DNA of 48,157 nt, the filler included, from Porpidia crustulata (taxonomy: Eukaryota), in the NCBI GenBank assembly GCA_964255105.1. It is 2 parts of 2 records of this genome, joined end to end, with 100 filler letters (N's around TTAATTAATTAA, not from the genome) between each part and the next. Parts side by side here need not be neighbours in the genome. Positions count along the whole stretch, not along the records: positions 24,174 to 48,157 come from CAXUWE010000064.1; 1 more part is not named here. One strand, given 5' to 3'. The notes under the pieces were generated by a model, which saw nothing but the letters and a program-made list of their open reading frames with translations, was not told the DNA's origin and did no database searches. The translations under genes and the position numbers were made by a program. Positions 35,294 to 48,157 of the stretch are shown here, piece after piece (position 1 is the first letter of the stretch; each line of letters begins with the position of its first letter).

Positions 35294-38200
35294 TCAAGCG
35301 CTTTTCTCATGTTGTGTGGAGACCCGTTGGAGCAATACAACTGCGCCACAGGTCAGCCACATCTCTGACCTAGCACTGTTTGTGGTCTATGGACAACTTA
35401 CCAAAATCCTCCAACGACCGTTGTCTTTGATTCTTCCGACGCTTCCCATGCATCAAATTGTCGAATCCCGCAGAACCCGATAGCAAATAGTAAAGACCTC
35501 CCATCACACAGAAGACGCCGAAAGAAAAGAGCCAGATGCGGACGACTGCGACAATTGACGTTCTGGCGCCAACAAACCATCCGAAGATGCAGAAGAGCGT
35601 TGCAATTACATCGACCACCAAGATTGCACCTGTTAGCTGCCACGAAGGAATGGAAGACCAGAACGGGCCATTTGCCCGTGTGATGAAGATGAGCCAGTTC
35701 TCCGAGAGCGCTATCTGTAAGAATATGACTTCATCGACGTTGCCAAAACCTTGAACGATTCCGCCGTCTCGGCCTTTGACCAGCATTGTCGTTAGCGCGA
35801 TCCAGGTACCAGCAGCGAGGATGATACCGAGCAGTACAGCAGTACCCCATAGCTTTGGTAAATTCCATTTGACAGGAGACGTGGAAAAAGGCGCGTTATC
35901 GTAAGCAATGGCCAGGGTAGCGACATCGGCGAAGATTGCGATGAAGACCACCAATTCGATGTTCAAACTTTTGTTGAGAATCGCAATCCAGAGGCCAAGA
36001 AATATTTCCAAGTGGAGCGATAGGGCGATACGATATACCACGTACGCATACATGCGGTGGAAGATCTGACGGGAAGTCTTGAGGGCATCAATGATTGCGG
36101 ACAGACCAGGCGCCAGGAACACTATGTCGGCAGCCGAACGTGCAGCATCTGATGCACCCTCCACGGCAATCCCAGTATCAGCCTTCTTCAGCGATGGAGC
36201 ATCATTAACCCCGTCGCCGGTCATAGCAACCAAGTGACCGCGCTGCTGAAGGATCTCGACAACATTATATTTGTGCTGAGGGAATACTTCGGCGAAACCA
36301 TCGGCGGCCTCGACGAAATCGTAGACCTCAGATCCGGACATAGTCCCTCCTCCGCCTAAGCCGAGACGTTCTGCATCATAAATGTTGGTGCCCAGCCCTA
36401 GTTGGCGTGAGGTTTCCTTGGCAATACCGACTGCATCACCAGTCAACATCTTAATCGACAGTCCTAGAGTCTTGGCCTCGTTGATGGTTTTTGCCGTGTC
36501 ATGGCGCGGAGGGTCAGCACAAGGCACGATACCAAGTATCTCCCATGATCCTTCAGCACGCTTGCGAGCCACACCGAGAGAGCGGAATCCTCTTGTCGCA
36601 AATTCCGCAACCTTTTCCTTGTATGCGGCGTCTACATGGTCCGGGATCGGATAGGCTTCCTCGACGGTCTTAAGCACAAACAGAGGTGCACCTTTCACGC
36701 AGGTGATTCTTTCTCCTTGTGGAGATTCCACGAGAGCAGAGACCTTCTTTGAGACCGGGTCAAAGGGGTGAAACTCGATGACTTTGTACGTGTTGAGCGC
36801 GCTCTTCGCGCGAGGGTAGAACTTGAGTGACTTCAAGAACGCTTTGTCAATCGCATCAATACCCTTCTTCTTGCGAGAGGCGGCCAAGCAGGCAGTAAGC
36901 ACGAGATCTTCGGCCTCGACCCCTTCAATTGTGAAGGGTTCGGCGAGGGAGAGTTTGTTCTTAGTCAATGTTCCAGTCCTGCCACGAAGGTCAGCTTTAT
37001 CATAAAGGCATTTAATGACTGCGTACTTATCAGAGCAAAGGATCTCAACCCCTGCCAAGGACTCGATAGCAGACAAATTCTGGACAATCGCTTTCTTTTT
37101 GGCAAGATAAGCGGCGCCAACCGCCATTGTAGTGGTAACAACAGCTGGTAGACCCACAGGGACACCAATGATGGTTATGGCAAGTGTGAACTCCAGGATC
37201 TTGGTCAAGTGGTTTGATCTGTAGAACGAGGAGACCCAAACTACCAGAAGCGTCAAAATAACCAGGGTCAACAGGACAGTGCCAATTCCACTCAGAACTT
37301 CTGTGAAATGACCACTTCCACTGGAAGATGCGTTGACTAACGCAGCAGCGCGACCGACGAAAGTGCTGTCTCCGGTAGCTGTAACTACCATGAACGCTTC
37401 ACCACGTCTCACAGCTGAAGAGGCGTAGATAGTGTCTCCGTAGTGTTTCTCAACTGCAAGAGATTCGCCTGTGATTGCGGATTGATCGACCTGAAGGAAA
37501 GCACCATCGGTAACGATGCGTCCGTCCGCGGAGATAATGGTACCCTACATACCGTCAGCGATTCTACTTATAACATTTTGGAAAGAAAGCATAACTCACG
37601 TCTTCGATATGGAGGATATCGCCAGGCACAACCTCGGGAGCCTCGATCTCTACCGTACTTCCACCACGAACGACAACAGCCTTGAGAGCGAGGGTCTTTT
37701 TCAACTCGTCAACAATGGAGCCAGCTTGATATTCCTGAATAAAGCCGACAAAAGCGTTCAGTAGAAGAAGGGCGGCGATTACACCGAGATCGACCCAGTC
37801 TTGTAGACCAGCAGCAAGGATGGCAGCAGCCTGTTGTTTCTGCGTCAGCACAAGCACTTCACTCTTAAACCCACCAATTTAAGGCCTGTTTCGCAAACAC
37901 CTGATGGCTCAATGAATATCAAGGGAGGTATACGAGCTATGAAACCTACTTCCATTACGAACTGGATAGGCCCAACGAAATAGCCGAGAAACTTGAGTAT
38001 CATGTTCTGCTTCTCCTCTTTCATCTGGTTGAGACCATATTTCTTTCTGCGTGTCAAGACTTCGGCATTAGTGAGTCCTTGCGTAACGCTGGTTCCTAGT
38101 AGCTCCTCGGGAATCGATCGAGCCACGCCAGCGTCTGTCTTCTCCTCTACTTCATCAATGATTAAATCATCGTCAGACTCGAGATCCTCGATAAGAGTAT

Positions 38201-38402
38201 CCATATCTTCATCCTCTTCCTCGTCGACAGTCGTTTCATTTCTCTTATCCCCCATAGCAATTGGGGTCGTGTCATGGTGCCCTGTTTTTTCTGGATCGTG
38301 GGATTTGTTCAATTGATTGCTGGAATCTGTGGGATTCAAGTGATGAGGCGGACTTAGACTAGAACTCGTGTCGGAAAAGTGACTGCTGACATTGGTAGCC
38401 AT
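35294..38402 (-). CDS. PMA1: Plasma-membrane P-type (IIIA) H+-ATPase
   Basis: [34 protein letters not shown] (split by 48-nt intron 36979-37026), [27 protein letters not shown], and the tail [21 protein letters not shown]. Confidence 0.95.
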
Positions 38403-40106
38403 TGCTTATTTGAGTGATACGTGCTATGAGTATATAAATATGCCAGTAGAAGGCGGCTATAACAGATGTTGATGTCAATAGCTGTAGAGCAAAGAAATGC
38501 AGAGTGTCGAATGGTAAGTTGGCATCTGGGAATCTGAAAGACTATTAGAGGTTGAGAGACACGGAAATGGAAAGAGCTCCCTTGAAAGCTGGAAAAACTC
38601 GACATGACATTGCAGGAGCTACCTGCACCTTGTAGGGGGACTCGGTAACGCTGTTGGGGTCGTTTGGATAAATACCAACCTTAGCTTTCTTTGATACATG
38701 GTGGGCACTCATGATAGTCAAGATATATCTCATCGTATACTCCAAGGTAGAAGATGGCGAAACTGCACCTCTCATCATTGACAATGAAGTTCACCTAACA
38801 AAGACTAGGACTGCGCTCCTCGCTATGGTCCCGCGTAATATAGGGTCCTTGAGAAATGTAACGACTTCCGATTGATACCCTCAAGACCTTGAGAAAGCCG
38901 ATAGCTTCAACACTCGACGCCTTGAGTGATGTATATGTTCGCAGGACTATTTTCTCGACATCCGACATCTGCGCTGCATTCTTCTCCAAACATCAGTACT
39001 AAATCTCCACTTCTCTACTCAAAGATACAGCGAACAGGATAATTTGCTATTTAGCGGCCCCATTGCACCTATTATTTTGCTTTTGGTAGAGTCTCCCAAG
39101 GTTTTCGTCGATAGACATTTATTGTTGTTCCGGGACCGAGGGACATGGATCTTCATTAGAGATGGTAGTATGGCAAATTCGTCAAAGGATCTGGATATTC
39201 CTTTTCTGGGTCTATATACTAAGCCTGTGACTGCAGCCTTTCGAGAAAGCCCTTCGACATCTACCGTTTGTTGAGGTCTCTGTTCTAGGACTTCCGGCCT
39301 TGACCTGTGAGCAAAAGATCACATGCGTAAGACAGCGGTGATCTACGTTCAGTGCAACTATGTCACCTGGAAAATTACCCAGCATTGAAGGAGTCGTGTA
39401 CATGCTACTTTTTGTCAAGTCTCTGGCATACTCCGCCGAGCTCTTTACTTGTAGACTCGTCATGAGCCGCGGCTTCCGCATCTTACCTAGTACGATTAAA
39501 ACTGTTTATCTCCATAACCAAATATTAGCTTCTCTTTCCTTGTAATTAGGTTTGTTGATGCGATAATTGCACGGAACTATTCGTACCGCAGCGTCAAGAA
39601 GAATACGTCAGCTGAAAAATTGTGCCAGTCTACTTTGATCAAAGATTAGGATTACGCGGGGAAATGGTGGCTTTCCAGTCCTTCCACTGAAGCAAGATCT
39701 AACATTTCATGACACGAATTGCATCTTATCGACATAGACTTTGAAGATTTGTGCATTTGCAAAGAAAAGCGCGAGCCTACTAATACAAGCCAAAGAGCCG
39801 CTAGAGAGACGCCTTCCATACACTGCTGGACTGGAGCTATTACCTGGTAGGCTACCGTCCATTCGTCCCGAGCGCCCCAAGCCACCATTTTGAATTCCAA
39901 GTCTAGTCAGTGATTCAGCATATGTCCTCAACCCAATATACTATGAGCACCAGCTGCTCCTGCAACGCCATGCTGCCAATGCCGCTAACAAGTAGAAAGA
40001 GAAGCTCCACTCCATTTTGAAGAGAGTGCAAAGACTGAGGGTCACCGTTCACCTGCATCGTGCTCCGTTTTCGCAATTATCCTTGGAAAAAACACAGTGG
40101 CATACA

Positions 40107-42711
40107 CTATCCGGCACCTGGCGGTGGCGGCTGCGCACTAGGCATCACAAATCCTGGTGGAAACATGGGCACGCCGTTTAGCGTAGTAGGGAATTGAAAA
40201 CCGAAGCCAGGTACCGCTGGCGACACCCCGATGTTGCTGGCATCGCGCTCGTTGTTCTCGGGCTGGCGGTAGCGTTGACCTGTACCAGTTGCGCTGGGGC
40301 CATCGCGAGTCGAGCGAGGACCTTGATGACCGCCCTTGTCGGTCTGCATACGTCTACTGATTGCTAGTCGAAGGTCAGCATAAGTGGGAGAGCATTGTGT
40401 AATAAGGTGTTATACCCTTCGATGAGACGCCGGCGCCGATCTCAATGTCGGGTTCTTCGACCACGAGGCCACCCGTGATGGGTTTTCCACCAGTACCACC
40501 ATATTCAGCTGTCAACATCCATTTCCGATCGGCGTCAGTCAAGCGTTCAATGGGGATAATACTGATGCCGGTCTGGTAGTCGCTGCAATCGCGAGGTCCA
40601 AAACCCACTCCCCATCGGGTCTAGCCGAATTAGTCAGTAAGTAGCTAGAAGTTGGGCCGAGAGGGAAAATAGCGGCAAATAGTTCACTCACTCGAAGCTG
40701 CATTTCAGTTGATTTGTAGCGTTCCATGCCCTCTTTAGCTGCCATGGCATCGGTACGAGTAAGCATTTTCACAAAAGCGTGGCGCTTATCAACATTGACA
40801 ATGCATGTTTGGACTAATCCGAATCCCGCGAAAATATTGCGTAAGATATCATCAGATGATCTACATATTGTTAGGAGTGCGTCAAAAGAATTGAGCATAA
40901 ATCAACTTACGTGACACCGCCGACAAACAACGTTCGGCTCAGGACTGAATGAATGTGAGCTGTGATTTTTCAAGTTTTCAGGCTTAGTCTTACCCTTGAT
41001 TTTGCTGTCGCCGAGAGAACGGTCATAATCCATCCATTTCGGTCCTGGAGGCGGTAAGGTTTGCTCCTGACGGCGAGGGCTGGCACTTCTACGAAAACGA
41101 TCTGGAGGCGGGCTCCGCTGGCGATAATCATTCCCTGTACCTTTGCCTCTGCCCTGGCGCCCAAAGTTGCCACGTCCGTTACGACCTGAAGGGTCTCCAC
41201 TGTACTCTCCATATACAGGACTACCTCGACGTCCCGGGGGACTGGGCTCACGACGTCTATCCCAGCCTTGTGGCGATTTGGAACGAGATCGAGGGTTTCT
41301 ATATCGGCCTGTGGGAGACCGCATATATTGATCATTGTACCCATTACGGTCACGTGATGGTTCATCTCTTCCGTAACTGCCATTCGGCTGCCAGCTTGGC
41401 TGGGGTGCAAAATTGCTAGGGTTTGGTGCAGCACCAGCCTGGCTAGACATAAGAACAGAAAGTACAGCAGCCCATTGATCTTGCGGCACGCCCTGCGCCT
41501 GAAGAGCTTGAATGATTTGCAATTGTTGCTGGAACTCAGGAGGAACCGAAGCCCCCCCCTGAGGCATCATGGGGTTTGCCTGCATACTTGGCTGCCCATT
41601 CGACAGATTTTGGGGGAAGTTTGGAACACTACTCAGTCCAGCGGACGAAAATATACCATTTGCAGCCCCAGGTACGCTTACAGCTTGAGTGACTGGCGGA
41701 ATTACGGACGAAGGCAAATTCTGCGGAAAATTGTTCGATAGGTTTGATACATTATGTGAACTAGCCTGGGATGGGATGCTTGGTCCTGCGGTATTCGTCT
41801 TCGCCATATCTGCGAGAGCTTGAAGAATCGCTGAAGTATCTGGTGTCGGCGCAGCGGTTTTCGGCGGTTCGTTCAGCGATATGAAGTTTTTGGGAGGGGT
41901 ACCCGTGGGAGTCGTTGATTGTACTGCTACAGACGTAAAACGAAGTATCAGAAGCCATAATTACGAAAATCGTCTTGCGCTGGTAGTAAATATTCAAACT
42001 TGGAGATTCTTACCATTTGCGTTCGATAGATCTAGCTTTTCCTTGAAATTTTGAAGCATCGCATTTGGGAACGTACTTCCACGCTCCCAGATATCAACAA
42101 GCTTCTTGATCCTAGCCTAATGCACAAAACATAGGTGAGTTTGGGATTACACATCAGGTATGGGGAAGAAATTCAATCTGTCGTCTTTATATAGATGGGA
42201 CAAAGCCATGGCACGGTTATCAACACAACCGGTACACGCAGGCCAGACTATAGCCCTAAGTGGCCTTTCTAAGAAGCGTACCTTTTGATCCTCTGGAGCA
42301 GTATTTATAATATCATTCATGAACGAGGGCAACAGCTCGGTCACATGTTTGATGCCGGCTGTGAATGTTCCATCGGTCGCACCTGTACCAGATGATTGTC
42401 CTGGTTTGCGTGCATGTTCTACCCATTGCCGTGTTACAGAGTCTACAACATAGAGAACGCCTAGCTTATGTGTTCCGGGAGCTTTCTTGAAGTGCGTGTA
42501 GATACGTTGGATTAAAACAGTCTCGGACTATCCACCACGTTTTGATTAGCATGGGCTATGGAATTCGACTTGGAGAGTAAGGCCACGTTACCTGAATGTT
42601 AGCATTGCAGAGTGAAGTAATACTGGTAATCTTTGATCCGGTGACTCCAGGTGCTTTGAGAGCCAGCATAGACTGCAGAATGGCCTCGAGCTCTTCTACG
42701 CAGGACGACAT
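40107..42711 (-). CDS. NRD1: Nrd1/Seb1 RNA-binding transcription termination factor (CID + RRM)
   Basis: CID: PGVTGSKITSIT...HKLGVLYVVDSVTRQW. RS/P-rich middle. RRM: SRTLFVGGV...RHAFVKM...TRWGVGFGPRDCSDYQTGISIIPI. Confidence 0.93.
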
Positions 42712-43201
42712 GGCTAGAAGCTGAGACCAGTGTTGACAAGCAGCAGCTCACAATTATCGCTTGGAACAAGAGTTCAGACTGCAGTGCTACAGCCAATAAT
42801 ACGACTTCAAAATTTTTAACTCTCACCTCGTAGGTTTGTACTGCACGGGCAACAATGAGATTTCAGAGCTAGAGTTGCACAACGGATTGGAGTTATGGTG
42901 GTTGACAAGGCGGAGAGATGAGTGCGCCCGAATACAAATCTCAGTAATGCGCAAAGCCAGATTTCAGTGTTGAGGGCACAATGAGTCAAATATGCCAGAA
43001 TACAACACTAATGATCCGAGATGCTATTTAGTAGCGCACTGTAAATCCCTGTCTGCTCCTTTGATGAACAGTCTGATAAAACGCTCGTTTGTTGTGATGA
43101 TAAGAACCTTGGCTGTGTTGAAAAAGGTAAAGGGATTGTTGTGATGAACAGGAGCAGATGCGGGTTCCAAGAATCAAAGAAATTTCTCAGCCGCTAGGAA
43201 T

Positions 43202-43210
43202 TCACGTGAC
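43202..43210. promoter_or_regulatory. bHLH E-box (GTCACGTGA, Cbf1-type) in the divergent Nrd1/citrate synthase promoter
   Basis: TCACGTGAC near the middle of the about 0.9-kb head-to-head intergenic region. Motif match only. Confidence 0.35.
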
Positions 43211-43622
43211 AAGGCTCATAGAGGCGGGGCTCAAAGTGATGAATGATTTCAATGTACGATCGGGATTGTAAAAGACGAGCGATTTAACCCGTACTCTGGA
43301 GTGCGTGGAACCGAAAGCCGCATTCGATTTACAACCTGCTCAAAGTATATATCCACGTATCCTACCACAGTAAAGTACCTTGAGGTATTCTAGGTAGTGG
43401 GCAGTACCACTCAAGCACTGCAACTTTAACCTACTCGGTGAATGAGACCAACGGAACAGGCTTAGCCCAGCCCAGCAATCCCGCGGTTCGGCTTACTACG
43501 TCGTCCAGAATTTCGGCGTAAATCTCCGGAGGATCTTCTTTTAACAGAGCTCTCCACCATCGTCCGTCATATTTTCACACTTCATTTATCGTTCAATTGC
43601 GAGTTCAATCTCGAGGGGGGAA

Positions 43623-45319
43623 ATGGCTACAGCTTTACGATTTAGCAATGCAGCTCTGCGCCAGTCATTCATTCCAGCTACATCACCTGTGCGATTGGTT
43701 GGATCAAAAGGTCTCCGTTGCTATTCGTCCTCGAAAACTGCTACACTGAAGGAAACATTTGCTGAGAAGCTACCTGGCGAGATCGAGAAGATTAAGAAAT
43801 TAAGAAAGTGAGTGCGCGTCTCTTCGAGCGGTGGCAGAATGCAGGTTGTCAAACATCGTGTATAGAGACTACGGCTCAAAGGTTGTCGGCGAGGTCACAC
43901 TTGACCAAGTTTATGGCGGTGCCCGGGGAATCAAATCACTGGTGTGGGAGGTATGTCAATCAGTGTCCGAATATGAATGGATATGGCTTATCAGCGTTAG
44001 GGATCCGTGCTTGACTCAGAGGAGGGAATAAGATTTCGAGGCAAGACTGTATGTCCTTGATGTCCATGAAGCTTACCTCAGTCGACGTCGCTGATCAGTG
44101 ACCTGCAGATTCCAGAATGCCAAAAGCTACTTCCCAAAGCTCCAGGAGGACAGGAGCCATTGCCTGAAGGTTAGTCGGCATTCTTGATTCAGTGGGACAT
44201 TAGACTCGAGCGCTGAGTACTTGCAGGTCTTTTCTGGCTTCTGTTGACAGGCGAGGTCCCAAGCGAACAGCAAGTCCGGGATTTGTCGGCGGAATGGGCC
44301 GCTCGCTCAGGTGTGCCCAAGTTTATCGAGGAACTTATCGACCGCTGCCCCAGTGACCTCCACCCAATGGCCCAATTCTCCCTTGCCGTAACGGCTTTGG
44401 AGCACGAATCTTCGTTTTCGAAAGCATACGCCAAAGGTATCAACAAGAAGGAGTACTGGGGTTATACTTTCGAAGACTCGATGGATTTGATCGCCAAGCT
44501 TCCTACCATTGCTGCCAGGATATATCGGAACGTCTTCAAAGACGGCAAGGTTCCAGCAGTACAGAAAGACAAGGATTACTCCTTCAATTTTGCCAATCAG
44601 CTGGGCTTTGGGGAGAACACGGATTTTGTCGAGCTTATGCGTCTTTACCTCACCATCCACACCGACCACGAGGGAGGTAATGTTAGCGCCCATACCACGC
44701 ATCTAGTGGGGAGCGCTCTAAGCTCCCCAATGTTGTCCTTGGCCGCTGGATTGAACGGGCTTGCCGGTCCCCTACATGGATTGGCCAACCAAGAAGTCCT
44801 GAACTGGCTACAGAAGATGAAGAAAGCCATCGGTAGCGATCTCAGCGATAAAGCTATCACTGACTACCTCTGGTCCACACTCAAGTCTGGACAGGTCGTA
44901 CCCGGCTATGGACACGCTGTCCTCCGAAAGACAGACCCCCGCTACGTTTCTCAGCGCGAATTCGCTCTGAAACACCTTCCCGACGACCCCATGTTCAAGC
45001 TTGTCAGTCAGGTCTACAAGATCGCGCCTGGTGTTTTGACCGAGCACGGCAAGACCAAAAACCCGTACCCCAACGTTGACGCTGTAGGTTACCTGCCCCT
45101 ATTTTATGTACTGCTTTCTAACAGCTCTAGCACTCTGGTGTCTTACTGCAGTACTACGGCTTGACAGAATCTAGCTACTATACCGTACTCTTCGGGGTTT
45201 CCCGAGCCATTGGAGTGCTACCACAATTAATCATCGACCGTGCTGTGGGTGCTCCCATTGAGCGACCCAAATCTTTCAGTACAGATGCATGGGCGAAGCT
45301 TGTAGGAGCGACGTTGTAA
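43623..45319 (+). CDS. CIT1: Mitochondrial citrate synthase
   Basis: Arg/Ser-rich presequence, [73 protein letters not shown]. Confidence 0.97.
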
Positions 45320-46109
45320 TGGGCGTTTCTACAGGTAAAAAGTCATGGAGGTGGTCTGATGCAACTGGAAATGCATGAACATTGATGTATGCATAAACTA
45401 GAGGTATCGCGTTTTTGGGTCCAGTAGGTAGAGAATGTACATCAAGATTGACGCCACAGAATCCACATACACTTATTCCGGATACCAAGAAAAGAATTGT
45501 AGGCAAGCACATAGGGATGGTAGGTAGTCTGGTGGTATTGGAATTCGTTGACCGAAGTCTGAAATTGATATGGAGTTCCGTAGCCTCGTCCACCCTAGAG
45601 TACCCTAAATTGCCCGAAACCAGACAGTTGGGGAACGGGAAGTTCGGGAATCGGGTCACGACAGGGATGCAGCTCTCAACGAAGATACACAGAAAGAGCT
45701 TTGGGGCTGACACCGCTCTAGCTCCAACGTATCATAAATGGCCCTGTATTAAAACCCACGGAAGTACATAGAGATACAGGAAATATCTTTGAGAGAATAA
45801 CACCGTGAGATTGTATTGCCGCTTCGCTCTGGATAATTCTAGGTTCGAAACTAGCCTTCATTTCTTCAATACCATTGTCAAGTATCACACCAGTCGCCGT
45901 TCAACCCACAGGTGGAGCTGCCGATTATCCTCCAGCACATAATCTTACGTCCAACTGCCCCAGGTGCGCAGATCCGGCGACGTCTTTCGAATTCTTACTT
46001 CAATCTCGACATCTGGCGCTTCTATTTCACATTCCATTTGATTCAATCTAAAGCAAGGAAGCGCCCTTCACCCTCGGTCAGGGCCTTTTAAGAGTAACAC
46101 CTCAATATC

Positions 46110-47169
46110 ATGGCGACTGCCATTGCAGGATCCCCGAAGCTCGAGAAGAAGCCTGTGAAATTCAGCAACCTGTTACTGGGAGCCGGACTGAACATGTTCG
46201 AGGTCACAACGCTGGGACAGCCTTTAGAGGTGGTGAAAACGACAATGGCTGCAAACCTAGGTGATAATTTCGCTGGTGCAGTGAGGCGAGTCTGGGGAAG
46301 AGGAGGAGTAATGGGCTGTGAGTCCTCGCTGGATTCTCTACTCGATCGATTTCCGTCTACTAATCACAAGTCTCCTTCCGCAGATTACCAAGGCCTGATA
46401 CCCTGGGCGTGGATTGAAGCGTCCACCAAAGGTGCCGTCCTTCTCTTCGTTGCCTCGGAAGCCGAATACTACGCCCGCTCCTTCGGTGCCGGTGATTTCG
46501 TCGCCGGCATCTCCGGCGGTATGGCCGGCGGCGTCGCTCAAGCCTACGCCACAATGGGCTTCTGCACCTGCATGAAAACCGTCGAAATCACCAAACACAA
46601 GATCGCGGCTAAGGGCGTCAAACCCCCCGGCACATTCGCCACGTTCATGGACATCTACCGCAAGGAGGGCATCCGCGGCATCAACAAGGGCGTCAACGCC
46701 GTCGCGATCCGCCAGACCACCAACTGGGGCTCCCGCTTTGGGCTGTCGCGCCTCGCCGAAAGCGGCATCCGCCGCGCCACGGGCAAGGAAGAAGGCCAGA
46801 AACTCGGTACGTTCGAGAAGATCCTGGCGAGCGGCCTCGGGGGCGGGTTGAGCGCGTGGAACCAGCCGATCGAGGTCATCCGCGTGGAGATGCAGAGCAA
46901 GACGGTGGACCCGAACCGGCCGGCGAACCTGACGGTGGGCAAGACGTTGAACTACATCTATTCAAACAACGGAATCAAGGGGCTGTACCGGGGGGTGACG
47001 CCGAGGATCGGGTTGGGGGTATGGCAGACGATCTGCATGGTTGCATTAGGGGATATGTGAGTTTTTCATTCTCGCCGTGAAGAATAAATCACTAATACCT
47101 CTCCCCACGCACAGGGCGAAAGAAGCCGTAGAGAAGATCACGGGAGACAAAGTCACAGCGAAGCATTAG
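46110..47169 (+). CDS. YHM2: Mitochondrial citrate/oxoglutarate carrier
   Basis: [91 protein letters not shown]. Two introns. Confidence 0.95.
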
Positions 47170-47813
47170 CGAGGCGCACCGGGGTTGCAACAGCGTGCTT
47201 CACCTCTCTTTTCTTTTTTCGATCTCTCATATCAGTACCATCGAGGTCCCACCGAGTTTGGGGGTGGACTAATTTTACCAGCATCGATACAGTTGTCGAT
47301 AGAATGGCGTTATTTTCAAGCCTAGCACATGGAGGCTTCATTGCGATAGGTAGTCAGTATTAGCGAGCCGTGTCGTTGAGGGAGTGAACGCATATTTTTT
47401 TGCACGTGCAGGGGGGATTAAAGTGAGAATTTCCTACCGCTTGAGGATTCTTTTGAGCTGGCTGCGAGGATGAAGATGAGGATTGGAAGGATTTCAACCC
47501 TTGTTTGGTATCGACGGCAGGAGAATTCTCAATTTACAGGTGGTACCCACGGTTTGGGAGGGGAGATGGGTTTGTACATGGGACTCTATGTAAATGTACG
47601 GGTCTTGCGAGATGACAAACCCCCTTTCCCGTTCGCCGTCAGAAGATCGTTTTACGTATCATCCAGATCACCCTTGACATGTCCGGGACGCCGTTCGCCT
47701 TGCTGCGTCTCGCCCCAAGACGCCTCTTTTTCCAGATCAAACCTCGCCCTGACGCCTTGTGACCTCCTGTCCCACCAGCCCATCCACCTCAAACGACTCC
47801 CCACCTACCTCCC

Positions 47814-48157
47814 TCACCGCCTTCCCTTTTCCCTCCTCACCTCCACATCCAAACACTCCCACACCAAGGCACCCAACTCTTCCCTCCTCTTTCCCCTTGC
47901 TCTACCAAGTAGCCAATCCGTCACGCTCACGACCCGGCTGGCCCGGTCCCAGCTCCCGCTCTCCTCGGCGTGCTCGATGGTGTGCGTCAGGATGCGGCCG
48001 TCCTCATCGAACTCGAAGATGAAGAGGCCGCAGAAGGCCTCGTCGTTGTCGGCGCGCACGCCGAGCCATTCGGTGAGTTTGGAGATGGGTTTGTTGGCGC
48101 TATTGTAAAGGGGGCCTCGTTCGCGGGCGTTGTTGGTGTTGTTATTGTTGTTATTGT
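47814..48157 (-). CDS. 3' end of an MMU163/Mco32-like mitochondrial protein (partial, continues beyond window)
   Basis: FCGLFIFEFDEDGRILTHTIEHAEE...VVSVTDWLLGRA matches my recollection of this family's C-terminus. The frame is open to the window edge through an Asn-rich tract. Confidence 0.55.
   Translation of the reverse strand, partial: NNNNNNTNNARERGPLYNSANKPISKLTEWLGVRADNDEAFCGLFIFEFDEDGRILTHTIEHAEESGSWDRASRVVSVTDWLLGRARGKRREELGALVWECLDVEVRREKGRR

Noticed and set aside
38403..40100. Short ORFs upstream of the H+-ATPase
   Set aside because: No coding signature. Consistent with a long PMA promoter and the NRD1 3' region.
47470..48108. 212-aa plus-strand ORF
   Set aside because: Antisense to the MMU163-like gene, which carries the recognisable motif.

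Overview
Intron-rich filamentous ascomycete (Pezizomycotina) genomic DNA in two sharply different halves. Left half (about 1-18.7 kb): a decayed accessory region. It holds a dynamin-related large GTPase pseudogene, a head-to-head relic of a coiled-coil/P-loop GTPase gene, several stop-riddled ORF relics, and a highly reducing PKS plus 14-TMS MFS exporter pair. Both members of that pair are inactivated: nonsense codons and frameshifts in each, plus KS catalytic Cys to Tyr in the PKS. The PKS-MFS block lies between two related 62-nt terminal-inverted-repeat-like sequences (5479-5540 and 18646-18707), each with an outer TA and an inner telomere-like TAGGGTTAGGG. The left copy is also one arm of a 118-bp MITE. 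Right half (18.8-48 kb): apparently intact housekeeping genes. These are an M1 aminopeptidase, a PEX39-like KPWE protein, Scd6/Lsm14 (cut by an assembly gap, with an intronic snR52-like C/D snoRNA), a secreted PI-PLC-like phosphodiesterase, a conserved hypothetical protein, GGC1, a DCAF4/WDR21-like WD40 protein, a PMA-type H+-ATPase, the Nrd1-citrate synthase-Yhm2 cluster and a partial MMU163-like gene. All calls come from manual reading and motif recognition, with no database searches, so exon boundaries are approximate.
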